UHGV virus genome: UHGV-1368299
From: a virus
Length of the DNA stretch: 50,382 nt
Direction: 5' to 3' (one strand)
Below, piece by piece: positions 28,327 through 39,967 of the stretch. A program made the translations under genes and the position numbers. Numbering within the stretch: position 1 is the first letter of the stretch; every line of letters begins with the position of its first letter. A model generated the notes under the pieces. It searched no databases, was not told the origin of the DNA, and saw only the letters and a list, made by a program, of their open reading frames with translations.

Positions 28327-31300
28327 TTAACTCCTCGTTTTCTCGTTGACGAACTTCGCAATGCGCCCGTTTTGGCTCAAGGCCTCGGTGAACATATCGT
28401 TAACGATCTGCCTTACGCCTTGCTCTAACCCCTTGCTATCCTGACCGGAACCCATCGTGATGTTAATATCACCAATGGTAAACACCATAGCCGCCGACGC
28501 TGCGACGTTGCCGCCGTTGGTGATTCCAGATCCGGAACTTGCGTTGCCTCCAACCAGGCCGCCACTTGCGTAGCCGCGCATTAGTCGGTATAGGTTTTCC
28601 GGGCCTAACCTTTGCGTCGCCTCTTTGGTGAATACGAATTCCCCGCCGTGAACAACGCCTTTTGGCTCATACTTCCCGCCGTCGCCAGTGTAACCACCAC
28701 CAGAAAACCCTTTGCTAAAGCTGAACGCGCTACCACCAAACGCAGCAGAAATAGAGTTAAAAAGAGCCATCTTAATCAGCATGTTAGCAATGTCACTAAT
28801 AATGCTTTTTGCAAAGTCGCTAAAGCTTGCCTTACCAGTCATGACAAAATCAGTTAGTACGCTCGCCATGCCGTTAAATGCGTTTTTAGTGATATCCCCG
28901 ATGTTGGTGTATACGTCATTAACTTCGTTGCCAATATCAGCCCACGCATGAGTAAACCCGGCCTTCCAGTTCAGCATTTGCGCATCTTGCTGTGCGTAGA
29001 ATTTATCGCTTGCGGCCTGCATCGCTTTAAATCCAGGGTCACTTAAAGATCCGCCGTTGTTTTTCCAGTCTGCCGCCATCTGCGCATTGGCCCGGTATCT
29101 CTCCTGTTCCTTGCTACCCATTCCGGCGGTATCCTGTAGCGCTTTGGTTTTCTCCGCCATCTGGTTTTGATACTTGGTCGACTTGTCAAGCAAGGCGTTC
29201 AGTCGCTGCTGCTGAACAATCTGATCTCCCACAATGGCCTTTTGCTCTGCCATGTACAGGATATTCTTTTTGTTCGCCAGCATCTGCTGTTCGCTTTGGG
29301 TCAGTTTTCGCTTCTGGCTTGCCTCTTCCAAAACCTGGAATTTAGCAACCGTCTCGAAGTAGTCTTTGCGCTGCTGGCTGATCTTGTCGTCAAGCCCTTT
29401 GTGCTGCTGCAAAACCTTTAGCTGCGCCTGTAGCGATAGCAGTTCAGCCTGGTACTGCTCATCAATTTTTACGCCCGCGTCTGCCTGCTGCTTCCTGGCG
29501 TTGCGGTTTTTCAGGATATCCTTTTCTTCCTGATTTACGCGATCCTTCGTTTTGCTGCTGTAGCCGCCGGAAACATCTTTGTTGTTGGAGGCATCAATGT
29601 AACCCATCTCGCCTTTTGCGATCCTTGCTTGCTGTTCCGCAATGGTTTTTGCAAGCTCTGCGGATTTGGCTTTCGAGTCCTTGATTAACTGCTCCTGCTG
29701 CGCCAGAAAGTCATTTCCAAAGTCGCCCATGCCGGGAATTTTTTGCAGTGTCCGGCCAGCGTCAACTACAAACTGCGCGATCATAGCGTCGCCGTCGGTA
29801 ATCAACTTTCTGATCGTGTTGATGATTGCCGATACAGTATCAACGATAAGGTTAAGCGCACCAACCGTGTGATTTCCAACCCAATCCCATGAATCAGACG
29901 CCCACTTCTTGATATCCATCCACATTTTTTCAAGAGGTGTTGCGCTGTCAGCCACATCTTTCAGCCGCTTATCCATCGTGTCAGCAAACAGTTTTGTCGC
30001 TGCGTCTGCTGCCGCCGTCTCGCCTTTAGTTTTGCGCAATGACTCAATATAGGTTAGCTGCCCCTCATTCAGGAAGTTAAACTTATCGTTAAGATCTGCA
30101 AGCCCCTTAACCGGATCTTTTAAAATCTGGTCAAAGTATCCCTTGATCTTATCGCTGCTCTCTCCCGTCTGCGCTTCCCATTCCGCCGTAGTCTTCGTGA
30201 TGGTCTTAATCTGGCCAATGGTGTATTTTCCAGAAGAGGCCAGAGTTGACGCGATATCCTGGATTCTCCCTGAAGTTGCGCTCGAAGTCTCGCTCAGTTC
30301 ATTAGCAAGATCGTTAATCTGCCCTGTGGTGGTGGCAGCATACCCACCAGTCAGCACCAGCGCATTCGCCAGATCCCTTTGTGACTTCCACGCATCGAAA
30401 CCAGCCTTTGCAATTGCTGCGATAGCAACCCCAAGAGCAACCGCGCCGATGGTTACGGGGTTAATGAACCTAATAAGGCCGCCCATTTTCTCGCCAGCCT
30501 CGGTTGTATTATTAAAGCTCTCAGCAAGATCGTTGGCGCTTTCGCTGGTTTCGTCCAGAGATTCATCAATATCTGCACTCGTGCCAAAGATTAGATTTTT
30601 CAGCGCCTGGAATGTATTTCCGATGCCGCCAAAGCTATCCTTGATTTGTCCGCCCTGCTGAATTGCCACCATCCAGACTGGCATACCTGAAGCAAGAGAC
30701 GTAACAACGTCAGTAATCTGCGCTGGAAGCTGGCGCATTGCCGCTTGATACTGCCCGGCAGAAATGCCAGCGAGGCCCATCGCGCTCTGCTGTTTTTTTA
30801 ACGCCTGCTCTTGCTGTTTCATGGCATTAATGAACGGTGCCGCTTCTGCCGACACGCCCAATTGCGCCGCCTTCATTTCCAGCAGTTCGGCGCGTGTTTT
30901 GCCTGCTGATTCTGCTTGCTGCTTCAAGCTGGCGACAAAATCACGACCAGCATTCGTTGCTTTCTCCTTCGCCTCTGCCTCTGCAATTGCTGCGCGGCCT
31001 TCTTCGGTTAGCGCCGCCTGCTGCTGCCGTAATTTGTTGGTCGTTGATTCAATGATAGCGCCAAGGCGGAAAAATTCATCATCTGGAACAAGCCCCAAAG
31101 CCCATGCTTTATCAAGTTCTTCCGTCGCTTTGCGCAAGTTGGCCATTTTTGAGATCGTGGGATCGATGGCGCTCGCGATCTTGCTAAAGCTGGTTTTTGA
31201 TTTGTCTGTCTCTTGCTTCTGCCGCTGCAACGCGCGGTTCATTTCCTCGGTTTGCGCCGTGGCCCGCCTTTCAGCGTCCGCAAGTGACTGTAGGCCAGCG

Positions 31301-31404
31301 CCCGTTTGCTGGCTTTGGTTCTTCAGTTCTGCGAGTGATCGTACCGCTTTATCAACCTGCGAAACGTCAACGCCAAACGTCAACCCAGCTACTTTATCAG
31401 CCAT
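28327..31404 (-). CDS. tail tape measure protein (1025 aa)
   Basis: Long Ala/Gln/Lys-rich coiled-coil N-half, Gly-rich C-terminus; position after G/GT. Confidence 0.9.
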   Translation of the reverse strand: MADKVAGLTFGVDVSQVDKAVRSLAELKNQSQQTGAGLQSLADAERRATAQTEEMNRALQRQKQETDKSKTSFSKIASAIDPTISKMANLRKATEELDKAWALGLVPDDEFFRLGAIIESTTNKLRQQQAALTEEGRAAIAEAEAKEKATNAGRDFVASLKQQAESAGKTRAELLEMKAAQLGVSAEAAPFINAMKQQEQALKKQQSAMGLAGISAGQYQAAMRQLPAQITDVVTSLASGMPVWMVAIQQGGQIKDSFGGIGNTFQALKNLIFGTSADIDESLDETSESANDLAESFNNTTEAGEKMGGLIRFINPVTIGAVALGVAIAAIAKAGFDAWKSQRDLANALVLTGGYAATTTGQINDLANELSETSSATSGRIQDIASTLASSGKYTIGQIKTITKTTAEWEAQTGESSDKIKGYFDQILKDPVKGLADLNDKFNFLNEGQLTYIESLRKTKGETAAADAATKLFADTMDKRLKDVADSATPLEKMWMDIKKWASDSWDWVGNHTVGALNLIVDTVSAIINTIRKLITDGDAMIAQFVVDAGRTLQKIPGMGDFGNDFLAQQEQLIKDSKAKSAELAKTIAEQQARIAKGEMGYIDASNNKDVSGGYSSKTKDRVNQEEKDILKNRNARKQQADAGVKIDEQYQAELLSLQAQLKVLQQHKGLDDKISQQRKDYFETVAKFQVLEEASQKRKLTQSEQQMLANKKNILYMAEQKAIVGDQIVQQQRLNALLDKSTKYQNQMAEKTKALQDTAGMGSKEQERYRANAQMAADWKNNGGSLSDPGFKAMQAASDKFYAQQDAQMLNWKAGFTHAWADIGNEVNDVYTNIGDITKNAFNGMASVLTDFVMTGKASFSDFAKSIISDIANMLIKMALFNSISAAFGGSAFSFSKGFSGGGYTGDGGKYEPKGVVHGGEFVFTKEATQRLGPENLYRLMRGYASGGLVGGNASSGSGITNGGNVAASAAMVFTIGDINITMGSGQDSKGLEQGVRQIVNDMFTEALSQNGRIAKFVNEKTRS

Positions 31405-31415
31405 GTTTAGCCCCC

Positions 31416-31442
31416 ATATGAAAAAAGCGCCCGTAGGCGCTT
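31416..31442 (-). terminator. hairpin GCGCCtacgGGCGC + T6 between GT stop and tape-measure start (stop codon adjoins stem)
   Basis: 5-bp GC stem + T6; likely partial terminator/attenuator. Confidence 0.4.
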
Positions 31443-31836
31443 ATTTGGATTTCTTGTAAATCTCTTTCAGGTATTCACCCTCAAGGATCTGCAAGTCAAG
31501 TAATGCCGCTTCTCGATTGTCGATTTTATACAATTCGAACAGCAGTGGCAACGTATTATAGTCAAGCCCCGTCGGGCCATTCATCCCGATTCGCCATTGC
31601 GTTTGCATGGCCTGGAATAGCTGCCAGCTTTGGGCGGTCTGTTCATCAAAATAGATCGTTTCAAGATCTGCTTCATAATCCGATCGCCTTAACCCGTACT
31701 CCGCAAGCTGGCGATCGGTTAGCTCAGGCTGAAGCGTGAGATAAACAGCCCGCCTTAAACTTTTGCACGGTGGCCCGCAAGCGCGGCCATGTAAGTTTGT
31801 GGCAGTGCCATGACGAACGCCGGGAAGTGAGCGCAA
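31441..31836 (-). CDS. gpT-like extension ORF in -1 frame relative to the G-like chaperone gene (putative G-T frameshift product C-terminal part)
   Basis: ORF overlaps 3' end of 31755..32081 gene in -1 frame and continues 105 codons; classic tail-chaperone arrangement before tape measure. Confidence 0.5.
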   Translation of the reverse strand: MRSLPGVRHGTATNLHGRACGPPCKSLRRAVYLTLQPELTDRQLAEYGLRRSDYEADLETIYFDEQTAQSWQLFQAMQTQWRIGMNGPTGLDYNTLPLLFELYKIDNREAALLDLQILEGEYLKEIYKKSK

Positions 31837-32081
31837 AGCCAGGAAATGTTTTCATCGCTGAATTCGTCATCCAGATCCCAACCTTCAGCCATGAAGCGGA
31901 TAAACTCGGCGTTACCCTTCGGCGCTTTATCTTCGCTCTCATAGAAGTCTTTCATCTCATCGGTTGAACGATGTTTTACGGTCATGGTGATGGTCGCTTC
32001 TTTGCCATCCGGGCAAGTGAAGGTTACGGGCAGTTTGAAGGAAGGGAGGTTGCCGCCAATTTGAATTTTGAATTTAGCCAT
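31755..32081 (-). CDS. tail assembly chaperone (lambda gpG-like; start moved to ATG 32081)
   Basis: AGGAG SD; acidic ~108-aa protein between major tail and tape measure genes. Confidence 0.6.
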   Translation of the reverse strand: MAKFKIQIGGNLPSFKLPVTFTCPDGKEATITMTVKHRSTDEMKDFYESEDKAPKGNAEFIRFMAEGWDLDDEFSDENISWLCAHFPAFVMALPQTYMAALAGHRAKV

Positions 32082-32113
32082 TTTGTTAACTCCTGATTGG
32101 TTTGTGTTATTCG

Positions 32114-32141
32114 CTATTATGCACAAAAAAAGGCGAGGCAC
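32114..32141 (-). terminator. terminator after major tail gene (GGCGGGGcttgtgCCTCGCC + T7; one G-U pair on minus transcript)
   Basis: 7-bp stem, T7 tract. Confidence 0.55.
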
Positions 32142-32157
32142 AAGCCCCGCCATTTAA

Positions 32158-32814
32158 TTACACGGCAACCGGAAGGAAGACATGAGCACCTTTAAGCGCA
32201 ATGTTAAGCGTTACCGTTTCCATCTCGTTAACAGCCGTGGAAGGAATGTCATCGAAAGATGCAATTCCAGACCAGTAACGAACCTCGGAAGCTCGCGGGA
32301 TATACATGTACATCGCTCTCGCCTGCTTGCTGGCGTCGGCTGAACGCAACACAGGGTAGATCGCGTTACTGTAATCGTGCGCAAACGTGTAGTTAAGCGT
32401 CACCGCCGACTTGTAAGTAGGTTCGGATTGCTCGCGCTCATCGCCAAGGCACTGATAGTTATAGAACTGCTGTTCGTTGCCGTCTTTGCCTAAATCCTGA
32501 ATGCAAGGCAATTCCACCCAATCAGTGATCACGCTCACATTACCAGTTGCCGCGCCGCCCGGATACTTGTTAGTGTCGGAGGTGTCGAACTCTTCCAGCG
32601 TTGCCACACCTGCTGTCACTGCTTTTACGCGAGCCACCTTGTTAACGAAGTCGCCCCAGGTGCAATCGGTGAAGATCACAATATCTTTCACCTTCAGCTT
32701 GCCGTCAGCCACTGTGATTTTTGGGTTTTTCGCGTCGTTGGTCATTGCGGTAAACGGAATCTCCGAACCGCGAGTCTTCTCAAAGAAGACCTTTGCACCG
32801 TTTGGTAAATGCAT
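32158..32814 (-). CDS. major tail protein
   Basis: 218 aa, AGGAG SD, own promoter and terminator, position in lambda-like tail module. Confidence 0.7.
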   Translation of the reverse strand: MHLPNGAKVFFEKTRGSEIPFTAMTNDAKNPKITVADGKLKVKDIVIFTDCTWGDFVNKVARVKAVTAGVATLEEFDTSDTNKYPGGAATGNVSVITDWVELPCIQDLGKDGNEQQFYNYQCLGDEREQSEPTYKSAVTLNYTFAHDYSNAIYPVLRSADASKQARAMYMYIPRASEVRYWSGIASFDDIPSTAVNEMETVTLNIALKGAHVFLPVAV

Positions 32815-32843
32815 GTTGAATACTCCTGTTTTGATGAAAGTTT

Positions 32844-32872
32844 AACAACGCCATTATGCCTATATATTTCCA
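32844..32872 (-). promoter_or_regulatory. candidate sigma70 promoter TTGCCA -N17- CATAAT upstream of major tail gene
   Basis: Read on minus strand; good spacing. Confidence 0.4.
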
Positions 32873-32907
32873 GGCTGGCAAGAAATTATAAGCACCTCTA
32901 AGATCAG

Positions 32908-33339
32908 TTAGGTGGTTGGATAACCGCTATCCTCCACGCTGTTGCATCTTACTGTGAACCGAACCGGGAAGAACCAACCCCTCTCGTGCTTATGTACGCC
33001 GTGTACTTCCGCCCACTCGCTCACATAAACTTTATTAATAGGATCAATTATTTCACCTTCGGGAAAATATTTTGCAACGTTTTGCGCAATAAGCCTCGCA
33101 TGGTCTGTTCCGTTCCCCGGCTTAAAGATAACGTCAATCTGAACCATCCCCATATAGACGCGGCATTTCCTTGATATGTCAACCGATCTTGAATACGCCT
33201 CGACGTATGAAACTTTAAGGTAGGTCTCACCTCCCGCCGGGGGTCTAAAGTCAACGTTATCTCCTGCAACTACTAACCCGTTCTCGGCGGCAAATTTAGC
33301 CACTGCCGCCTTGCATTTTAACGCCATATCATAATGCAT
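32908..33339 (-). CDS. tail terminator/completion protein candidate (143 aa; start moved to ATG 33339)
   Basis: GAGGG SD at internal Met; last gene before major tail. Confidence 0.45.
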   Translation of the reverse strand: MHYDMALKCKAAVAKFAAENGLVVAGDNVDFRPPAGGETYLKVSYVEAYSRSVDISRKCRVYMGMVQIDVIFKPGNGTDHARLIAQNVAKYFPEGEIIDPINKVYVSEWAEVHGVHKHERGWFFPVRFTVRCNSVEDSGYPTT

Positions 33340-33758
33340 TTTTCGCCCTCGCTCGCTTGATTGCCTCAGTAACATAAACGCCCAACCGGATCGCAACAAC
33401 GCCCATAACGCCATTGGGAGCCTGCCTTGAATGGCCGTATTCCAGCGCGTTCGCATAGATTAGCATGTTACTGAACCAGATCGAAGTGATCCCAGCACCT
33501 TTTGCGTATAGTGCAATGTTGGCTTTTCCGTTCTGGATTGTCTTTTCGCCAGTTTGGTCATATGCGTTAATCGCGTAAAGCGGGGCGCGGTTAAAGGTGA
33601 TTTGCCAGTTACCACGGAAGCGCCCCGTATCCACCGGAGAACGCATTACAAGGTCGCGGTGAATATCTTCACACGTAAACCTTACAACGTCCTCCAGCGC
33701 ATCACCAGCGGCCTTACACCATGCATCAATTGCACCAGTAAACTCCCGGATCGTGTAA

Positions 33759-33766
<8 letters not shown>
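33329..33766 (-). CDS. HK97 gp10-family neck/tail component
   Basis: PVDTGRFRGNWQ motif typical of HK97 gp10 family. Confidence 0.6.
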
Positions 33767-35007
<1,241 letters not shown>

Positions 35008-35072
35008 TGTTAATGCTCCATTGGTTTACTTTAGGTTTCAAATTAAAGCACATTGTAGAATGCAATGCAATA

Positions 35073-35096
35073 AAAAAGCGCCCGAAGGCGCTTTTT
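35073..35096. terminator. strong bidirectional terminator AAAAAGCGCCcgaaGGCGCTTTTT after capsid gene
   Basis: Perfect 6-bp GC stem, A5/T5 flanks. Confidence 0.7.
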
Positions 35097-35098
35097 GA

Positions 35099-36058
35099 TT
35101 AAATCCCGGTGAGGATCGCAATAGTCAGCGGGCGGTACACGATGAGACCAGTGCATTTGGAGGTGCAAGGAACTTTGAAATGCAGGTCTTTCGGCTGCAT
35201 CGGCAGCATGTTGAACCGCTCAGGGATCTCGATGCTCATGTTCATTGGGTCTTTTTCGTATGCCAGCACGCCTTTGGTGCCTGCGCCGTCAATATCTTCC
35301 AGCTCAGCCATCGCCGTAATGGTGATGTTAGGGTGGTTCTTGGTGAACCAGGTAAGATAAGAGTCGCCGCTAGTGTCCGGCATCTTTTTCGTCAGAAGAC
35401 GACGCTTAGACGGAGGAATCACGATGTTGGTCGCGTGATGGCGGCCCAGCGTAGTTTCTTCGATCATGTTTAGCAGGTCTTCCAGATCTTCGAATGCCTT
35501 TTCAGCCGCTGCTGCGTCATCGCCCCAAGCGGCGGAAGCGGTCATGCGGTTAATGTTCGGTTGGTCGAAGATGCTCACGATGCCATGAGGTGCGGAACCT
35601 TTGAACACCAGATCGTTAACGAGCGTTTCATGACCTTCGCGGGCCAGAGTTGCTTTGCGGTCGCTCAGGCTGGAACCCAGCGCTGCCCCGGTTTTAATTT
35701 CGTCGATGGAAATAAACCACGCGTTACCAAGGCGGAAAACTTTCCCGGATTTCTCTTTCGCCATCGCTTCAACGGTCGGAAGATCGTCGGTGTAATCGGC
35801 GATAATTTTCGCAGAAGTTACGCCATCGAATTCGAGCCACTCAAAGCGGCGGGCGGTCGGCGAGATCTCGGTGGTTACCGGGAAAAGCTCAAGTGCGCTG
35901 GTCTGCGGGTATGCCTGCTCATACTGGCGATTCAGTAATTGAGTCATCTGCTTAACAGTCCAGATACCGTAAGCATCCAGTTTTGCGGCATCGACGCCCA
36001 TGCCCTGCATTGCGACCTTAATGGCACTCTGTTCGAATGCATCTAATTTCATAGTCAT
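35099..36058 (-). CDS. major capsid protein
   Basis: 319 aa; AGGAG SD; flanked by decoration/scaffold genes and strong terminator. Confidence 0.8.
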   Translation of the reverse strand: MTMKLDAFEQSAIKVAMQGMGVDAAKLDAYGIWTVKQMTQLLNRQYEQAYPQTSALELFPVTTEISPTARRFEWLEFDGVTSAKIIADYTDDLPTVEAMAKEKSGKVFRLGNAWFISIDEIKTGAALGSSLSDRKATLAREGHETLVNDLVFKGSAPHGIVSIFDQPNINRMTASAAWGDDAAAAEKAFEDLEDLLNMIEETTLGRHHATNIVIPPSKRRLLTKKMPDTSGDSYLTWFTKNHPNITITAMAELEDIDGAGTKGVLAYEKDPMNMSIEIPERFNMLPMQPKDLHFKVPCTSKCTGLIVYRPLTIAILTGI

Positions 36059-36169
36059 CTGAAAACTCCTGTTTGTGTATTTGGCTTAACGAGATGAAGA
36101 ATATCACGAATCGTTAAGCCGTCAAAGGTTTTTTTCTGGTTCAAAAATGGGGCCGAAGCCCCTTATTTA

Positions 36170-36673
36170 TTAACCAGCAGCAGCCGGAGCCACCGCGCCC
36201 TGAAGTACCTGAATTTTCACCAGGACGGTTCCATCTGCGTTTTTGGTGTATTCGCCAGTGTGTTTATAGCCAGTTTTGATAACCCCGGCGCTACCCTTTG
36301 CCACTGTACCATTTGCGGTAAATGTGGCGAAAGAATCAAACACGCAATCTGCTTCAGTAACAGTTGCATCCGCGATCGCCAAAATGCGGCCATGAGTCAT
36401 AACGTTAACCGCGCTCTCATCGTCATACTTGCCTTCAGGCGAGTAGGCTTGCGAGAACTGCGCGATGCCTACAATGACGTCGCTCGCTGCTTTCGCTGGC
36501 TTAACGACCTTGTGGCCATTGGAAACTACGCCAGTGGAAGCCACCAGTACGCCAGCCTTGATATCGCCTTCAGCAACGCAAGTACCATCGATGTTGTAAA
36601 GCGACGTATCAGCGATCTGCCCCGGAACAGCAATATCACGCTTGCGTGAATAAGAAGCTGGAATCTGTGCCAT
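36170..36673 (-). CDS. capsid decoration/accessory protein candidate (167 aa, Ala/Gly/Val-rich)
   Basis: AGGAG SD; between scaffold and capsid. Confidence 0.45.
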   Translation of the reverse strand: MAQIPASYSRKRDIAVPGQIADTSLYNIDGTCVAEGDIKAGVLVASTGVVSNGHKVVKPAKAASDVIVGIAQFSQAYSPEGKYDDESAVNVMTHGRILAIADATVTEADCVFDSFATFTANGTVAKGSAGVIKTGYKHTGEYTKNADGTVLVKIQVLQGAVAPAAAG

Positions 36674-36724
36674 TTTGAATCTCCTGTTTATTTGGTCTGG
36701 TAGCGGCCCGAAGGCCGCAAATTA

Positions 36725-37858
36725 TTAGCGGCGAAATTTTGCCTGCGGATCGATGATTTCGGTGCCGTCAAGTTTCGGTAAGCCGCCTTTGTCTTTCTGC
36801 TCGCCATCTTCTTTCTTGCCGAAGACTTTGGAGCGATTGCCAGCCATCTTATCAGAGTTGGCGATAAAGTCAAAAGAAGCGTCGATGTACGAATCTTCTT
36901 TATCAGACAGATCACGACCGTCTACCTCTTTGATGTAAGCAACTTTCATGGCCTTAACATCCAGGCCGTCACACTTGACGCCAGCGGCAGAAACAACCGC
37001 AATGACTTTCTGTTTTGCGTCTTCGTCGGCTTTGATTTTAGCAACGCGGGCGGCAACTTCGTCTTCAATGCCATCAACTTTGGCCTGAAGCGCGTCACGT
37101 TCTGCGGTGATGTTCGTTACCTGACTGGTTGCCGATGCAACTTGCGCGTCTAGTTTGGCAATGTAAGCGCCTACGTTATCGGCCACTTCAACATCTACGC
37201 CGTCAATTTTAATGATCATTGTTTTTGCTCCTTTGTGGTTTGAGTCGTCATCATATGGGAATTCTTGTTCGCTATCAAGATTTAATTTCGCAATCCCGGC
37301 ACGACCACGGAACACCAGCGCGACGTGATTTACGCGAATCTTGGTTTGCACTGCATCAAAGCGAACCCAATCAGATACGGAATCATTTTTCATCTCTTCG
37401 AAGTTTTCCGGCAGGTCTTCGTCGAAATAGTATTCGCCAGTTGCGTTGTTGCCCCAGCCTTTGCGATCGATATCTACAGAAGTGTAACCCACGGATAACT
37501 CAGCCGCTACGCGCTTTTTGGCTTGCTCGATTGACTCTCCGTCGTAAATCATCACCGGAACAAGAACGCCAATCCCCTCTTCTTTGCCAGCGCCGGAACA
37601 CGATCCAACGACCAGGCCTTTTGCGTTCTGCGCGTTCACCATCTTATGACCCAAAGTGATCGGCTTGCCCTGGTATGAAGCCAGTGATTCAGCATCAAAC
37701 ACCTCAGAACGCGGGCGGAACTCGACTCGCGGCCCGGTTGGCGTCTGGTACGTTTGCGCACCGATACGCGCCACGATCGGAGTGTCAACCAGGAAGCCGT
37801 TTTCATCGAATCGGGCCTTTACCTTTACCGTGTCGAACCTTTGAACTCTTTTCATCAT
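36725..37858 (-). CDS. prohead protease / scaffolding fusion protein
   Basis: N-terminal ~200 aa protease-like domain, C-terminal Ala/Lys/Asp-rich coiled coil (IAKLDAQVASATSQVTNITAERDALQAKVDGIEDEVAARVAKIKADEDAKQK). Confidence 0.6.
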   Translation of the reverse strand: MMKRVQRFDTVKVKARFDENGFLVDTPIVARIGAQTYQTPTGPRVEFRPRSEVFDAESLASYQGKPITLGHKMVNAQNAKGLVVGSCSGAGKEEGIGVLVPVMIYDGESIEQAKKRVAAELSVGYTSVDIDRKGWGNNATGEYYFDEDLPENFEEMKNDSVSDWVRFDAVQTKIRVNHVALVFRGRAGIAKLNLDSEQEFPYDDDSNHKGAKTMIIKIDGVDVEVADNVGAYIAKLDAQVASATSQVTNITAERDALQAKVDGIEDEVAARVAKIKADEDAKQKVIAVVSAAGVKCDGLDVKAMKVAYIKEVDGRDLSDKEDSYIDASFDFIANSDKMAGNRSKVFGKKEDGEQKDKGGLPKLDGTEIIDPQAKFRR

Positions 37859-38625
37859 GATACCTCTACATTGTTAAAATCTGGAACCGCCCAGCAACGG
37901 CAACCGTACTCTTCACCGGGGAAAATGCCGTCACCATTAACGGGGCGTCGCTTACCTTCTAGCTTGATATGGCTCTCGCGCTCGCGGTCGTCCATCATCC
38001 CGAACCAAAAGTAATGCGATACTTTAGCATCTTTTAGGCGCTGCATCATCAACATACTGTTAAAAGTTCCGATGATTCCGCTTGCCCGGTTGCGCGACCA
38101 GCTACCATAGATAGCGTATCGACCTTCGATGATTTCATCGATCTGCTTGCGAGACTTGCCGATATTGTTGGAGGTTCTAACTTTCGTCGTCCAGTCAGCA
38201 ACGATATCGCTTGCTAACTTCCTGATCGACGCTTCGGCGGAATCCTGCCACTTATTTAGCGATTCCTGATACCAGTCTTCATACCCACCAGCGCCGAATT
38301 CTTTAAGGCGCATAACTGATTCGTTGTTCCGCCCGCCAGCCGCGATCGCAATTGCAAGCCACTGCTTAGAATTGAATCTATAGATGGTCAACCCAATGGA
38401 GGAAAGCGCCGCAATTACGGCGGAAAAGAACACGATGGCCGATTCGCTGATATCGTCTTCCGCCTGGCTGATTTCCTCCGCCGTGGCATCGAACTTCAGG
38501 CGGTCTAAGCGATCACGCATTTCTACCACGAGATCGGTTGTTGCGTCCTGCATGGAGCGGGATAATTCCCGCTCGCTTGCTTCAGGATAACGCCAGTTTG
38601 GGATTCTGCCGTTAACTTTCATCAT
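37855..38625 (-). CDS. head morphogenesis protein (SPP1 gp7 / Mu F family)
   Basis: C-terminal YGCRCW motif; follows portal gene. Confidence 0.75.
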   Translation of the reverse strand: MMKVNGRIPNWRYPEASERELSRSMQDATTDLVVEMRDRLDRLKFDATAEEISQAEDDISESAIVFFSAVIAALSSIGLTIYRFNSKQWLAIAIAAGGRNNESVMRLKEFGAGGYEDWYQESLNKWQDSAEASIRKLASDIVADWTTKVRTSNNIGKSRKQIDEIIEGRYAIYGSWSRNRASGIIGTFNSMLMMQRLKDAKVSHYFWFGMMDDRERESHIKLEGKRRPVNGDGIFPGEEYGCRCWAVPDFNNVEVS

Positions 38626-39922
38626 CCGCCTCCGTGTTGTTTAAGATCTCTTCGCTTTGCGTCTTCCCTGAACCAGTGGTGCGATCGGGGAGTTTTTTCT
38701 GTTCCGGCGCGTTGCCTTTTAGCTTCAGTTCTGGAATCAACGCCGACAGAGTATCACGCGCTTCGTTGGCGTCAATAACCTGGTCGGTAACGAGGCCGCG
38801 AGCCGCGTTGGCGTTCTTCTGGAAGATATCCGCTTTCTCCGCATCGGTAGGCAGCGACAACGGTTCGAACTCGACGCTGTATTCCTCCTCCGTTACGATG
38901 AACTGTAACAGGAATTCTAACAGCGGCTTGTAATCGTCATTGCGCTTTCGGTCAACCAGTTTGTAGAACGTCTGTAGCGCCGTGTTCTGGCTTGCGCTTA
39001 CGCCACCAGTATTTTTGTTTTTTAGCACGATCTCATGAATGCCTGACAGCGCGACAATCCGATCCATCTTCGCGGAAAGGAATTCCGGGATGCCTGAAAT
39101 ATCGGAGTTGATAACGGTGTACTCTTCGTCGTCCGCATCAATGCCGATCGTGTTTCCGACGCCGGAATTAGCATCAACCTGCGCCATGCGCAACCGGGCC
39201 GCATACTCGCCCTCCTTGTCGTCGCAGATTAGCGCCAGGCCTTTCGCCTTCCAAACGCCCTGCTGCTTGCGCTTCAGTAGCTGCGTTGCCAGATATTCCG
39301 AATAGTCGTAGTCAAGAATCGCTTCAATGATCGACTTGTTCAGCACCGAACCACCAGCGCCCTTGTTTAGCTGGCGCACCTTATTGGTTACTCGCTCGCC
39401 GTCGATGTAGTGCATACGGGTATAATGCACCTTGAACGGTTGCCCGCCGTTTAGCGGCTTCACCTCGTACATTTTAGGCTTTCCGAATCGTGGGCTTCGC
39501 GGGCTGGTTTCCTCCTCTGCGACGGAAACGGAATCATGGTCGTAAACAACGATCGATTCGAGCGGCTTACCCTGCTTCGCTGCCGAAGTCAACGCGCGAC
39601 CATCGTTAACCATCACCAGGACGTAGGAGCCACCATACAGCCTCGCCCAGCAAAGAGCATCGGTGATTTGCGGCTCCAGATTTAACCCGTCCCATTCTGA
39701 TTGAAACTTGGTGTTATCTGAAATGCCGTTTAGCTGGAAGCCGGGAGCGACCATCTCTTCCGGGATCACGTCAACGATTTTCTTCGCCATGCCGTTTTCA
39801 TGATAGAACTCTTCAACCTGCGACATTGTTCCAAATCTTGCCGCTATAGACGCGAGTGTTGACGCATAACCAGCGCCACCATTAAAGATTTGATTATAGT
39901 CGTCCATCTTAATGTTATTCAT
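38612..39922 (-). CDS. portal protein
   Basis: 436 aa directly downstream of terminase large subunit. Confidence 0.8.
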   Translation of the reverse strand: MNNIKMDDYNQIFNGGAGYASTLASIAARFGTMSQVEEFYHENGMAKKIVDVIPEEMVAPGFQLNGISDNTKFQSEWDGLNLEPQITDALCWARLYGGSYVLVMVNDGRALTSAAKQGKPLESIVVYDHDSVSVAEEETSPRSPRFGKPKMYEVKPLNGGQPFKVHYTRMHYIDGERVTNKVRQLNKGAGGSVLNKSIIEAILDYDYSEYLATQLLKRKQQGVWKAKGLALICDDKEGEYAARLRMAQVDANSGVGNTIGIDADDEEYTVINSDISGIPEFLSAKMDRIVALSGIHEIVLKNKNTGGVSASQNTALQTFYKLVDRKRNDDYKPLLEFLLQFIVTEEEYSVEFEPLSLPTDAEKADIFQKNANAARGLVTDQVIDANEARDTLSALIPELKLKGNAPEQKKLPDRTTGSGKTQSEEILNNTEADDES

Positions 39923-39967
39923 ATTTCAACCTTGTTTAAGTGTGGGCCGTCAGGCCCACATTATGTA

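Noticed and set aside
30764-31459. 231-aa + strand ORF (Ala/Ser/Cys-rich) across the tape-measure gene
   Set aside because: Antisense shadow of the Ala/Gln/Lys-rich tape-measure coding sequence. No SD, low complexity.
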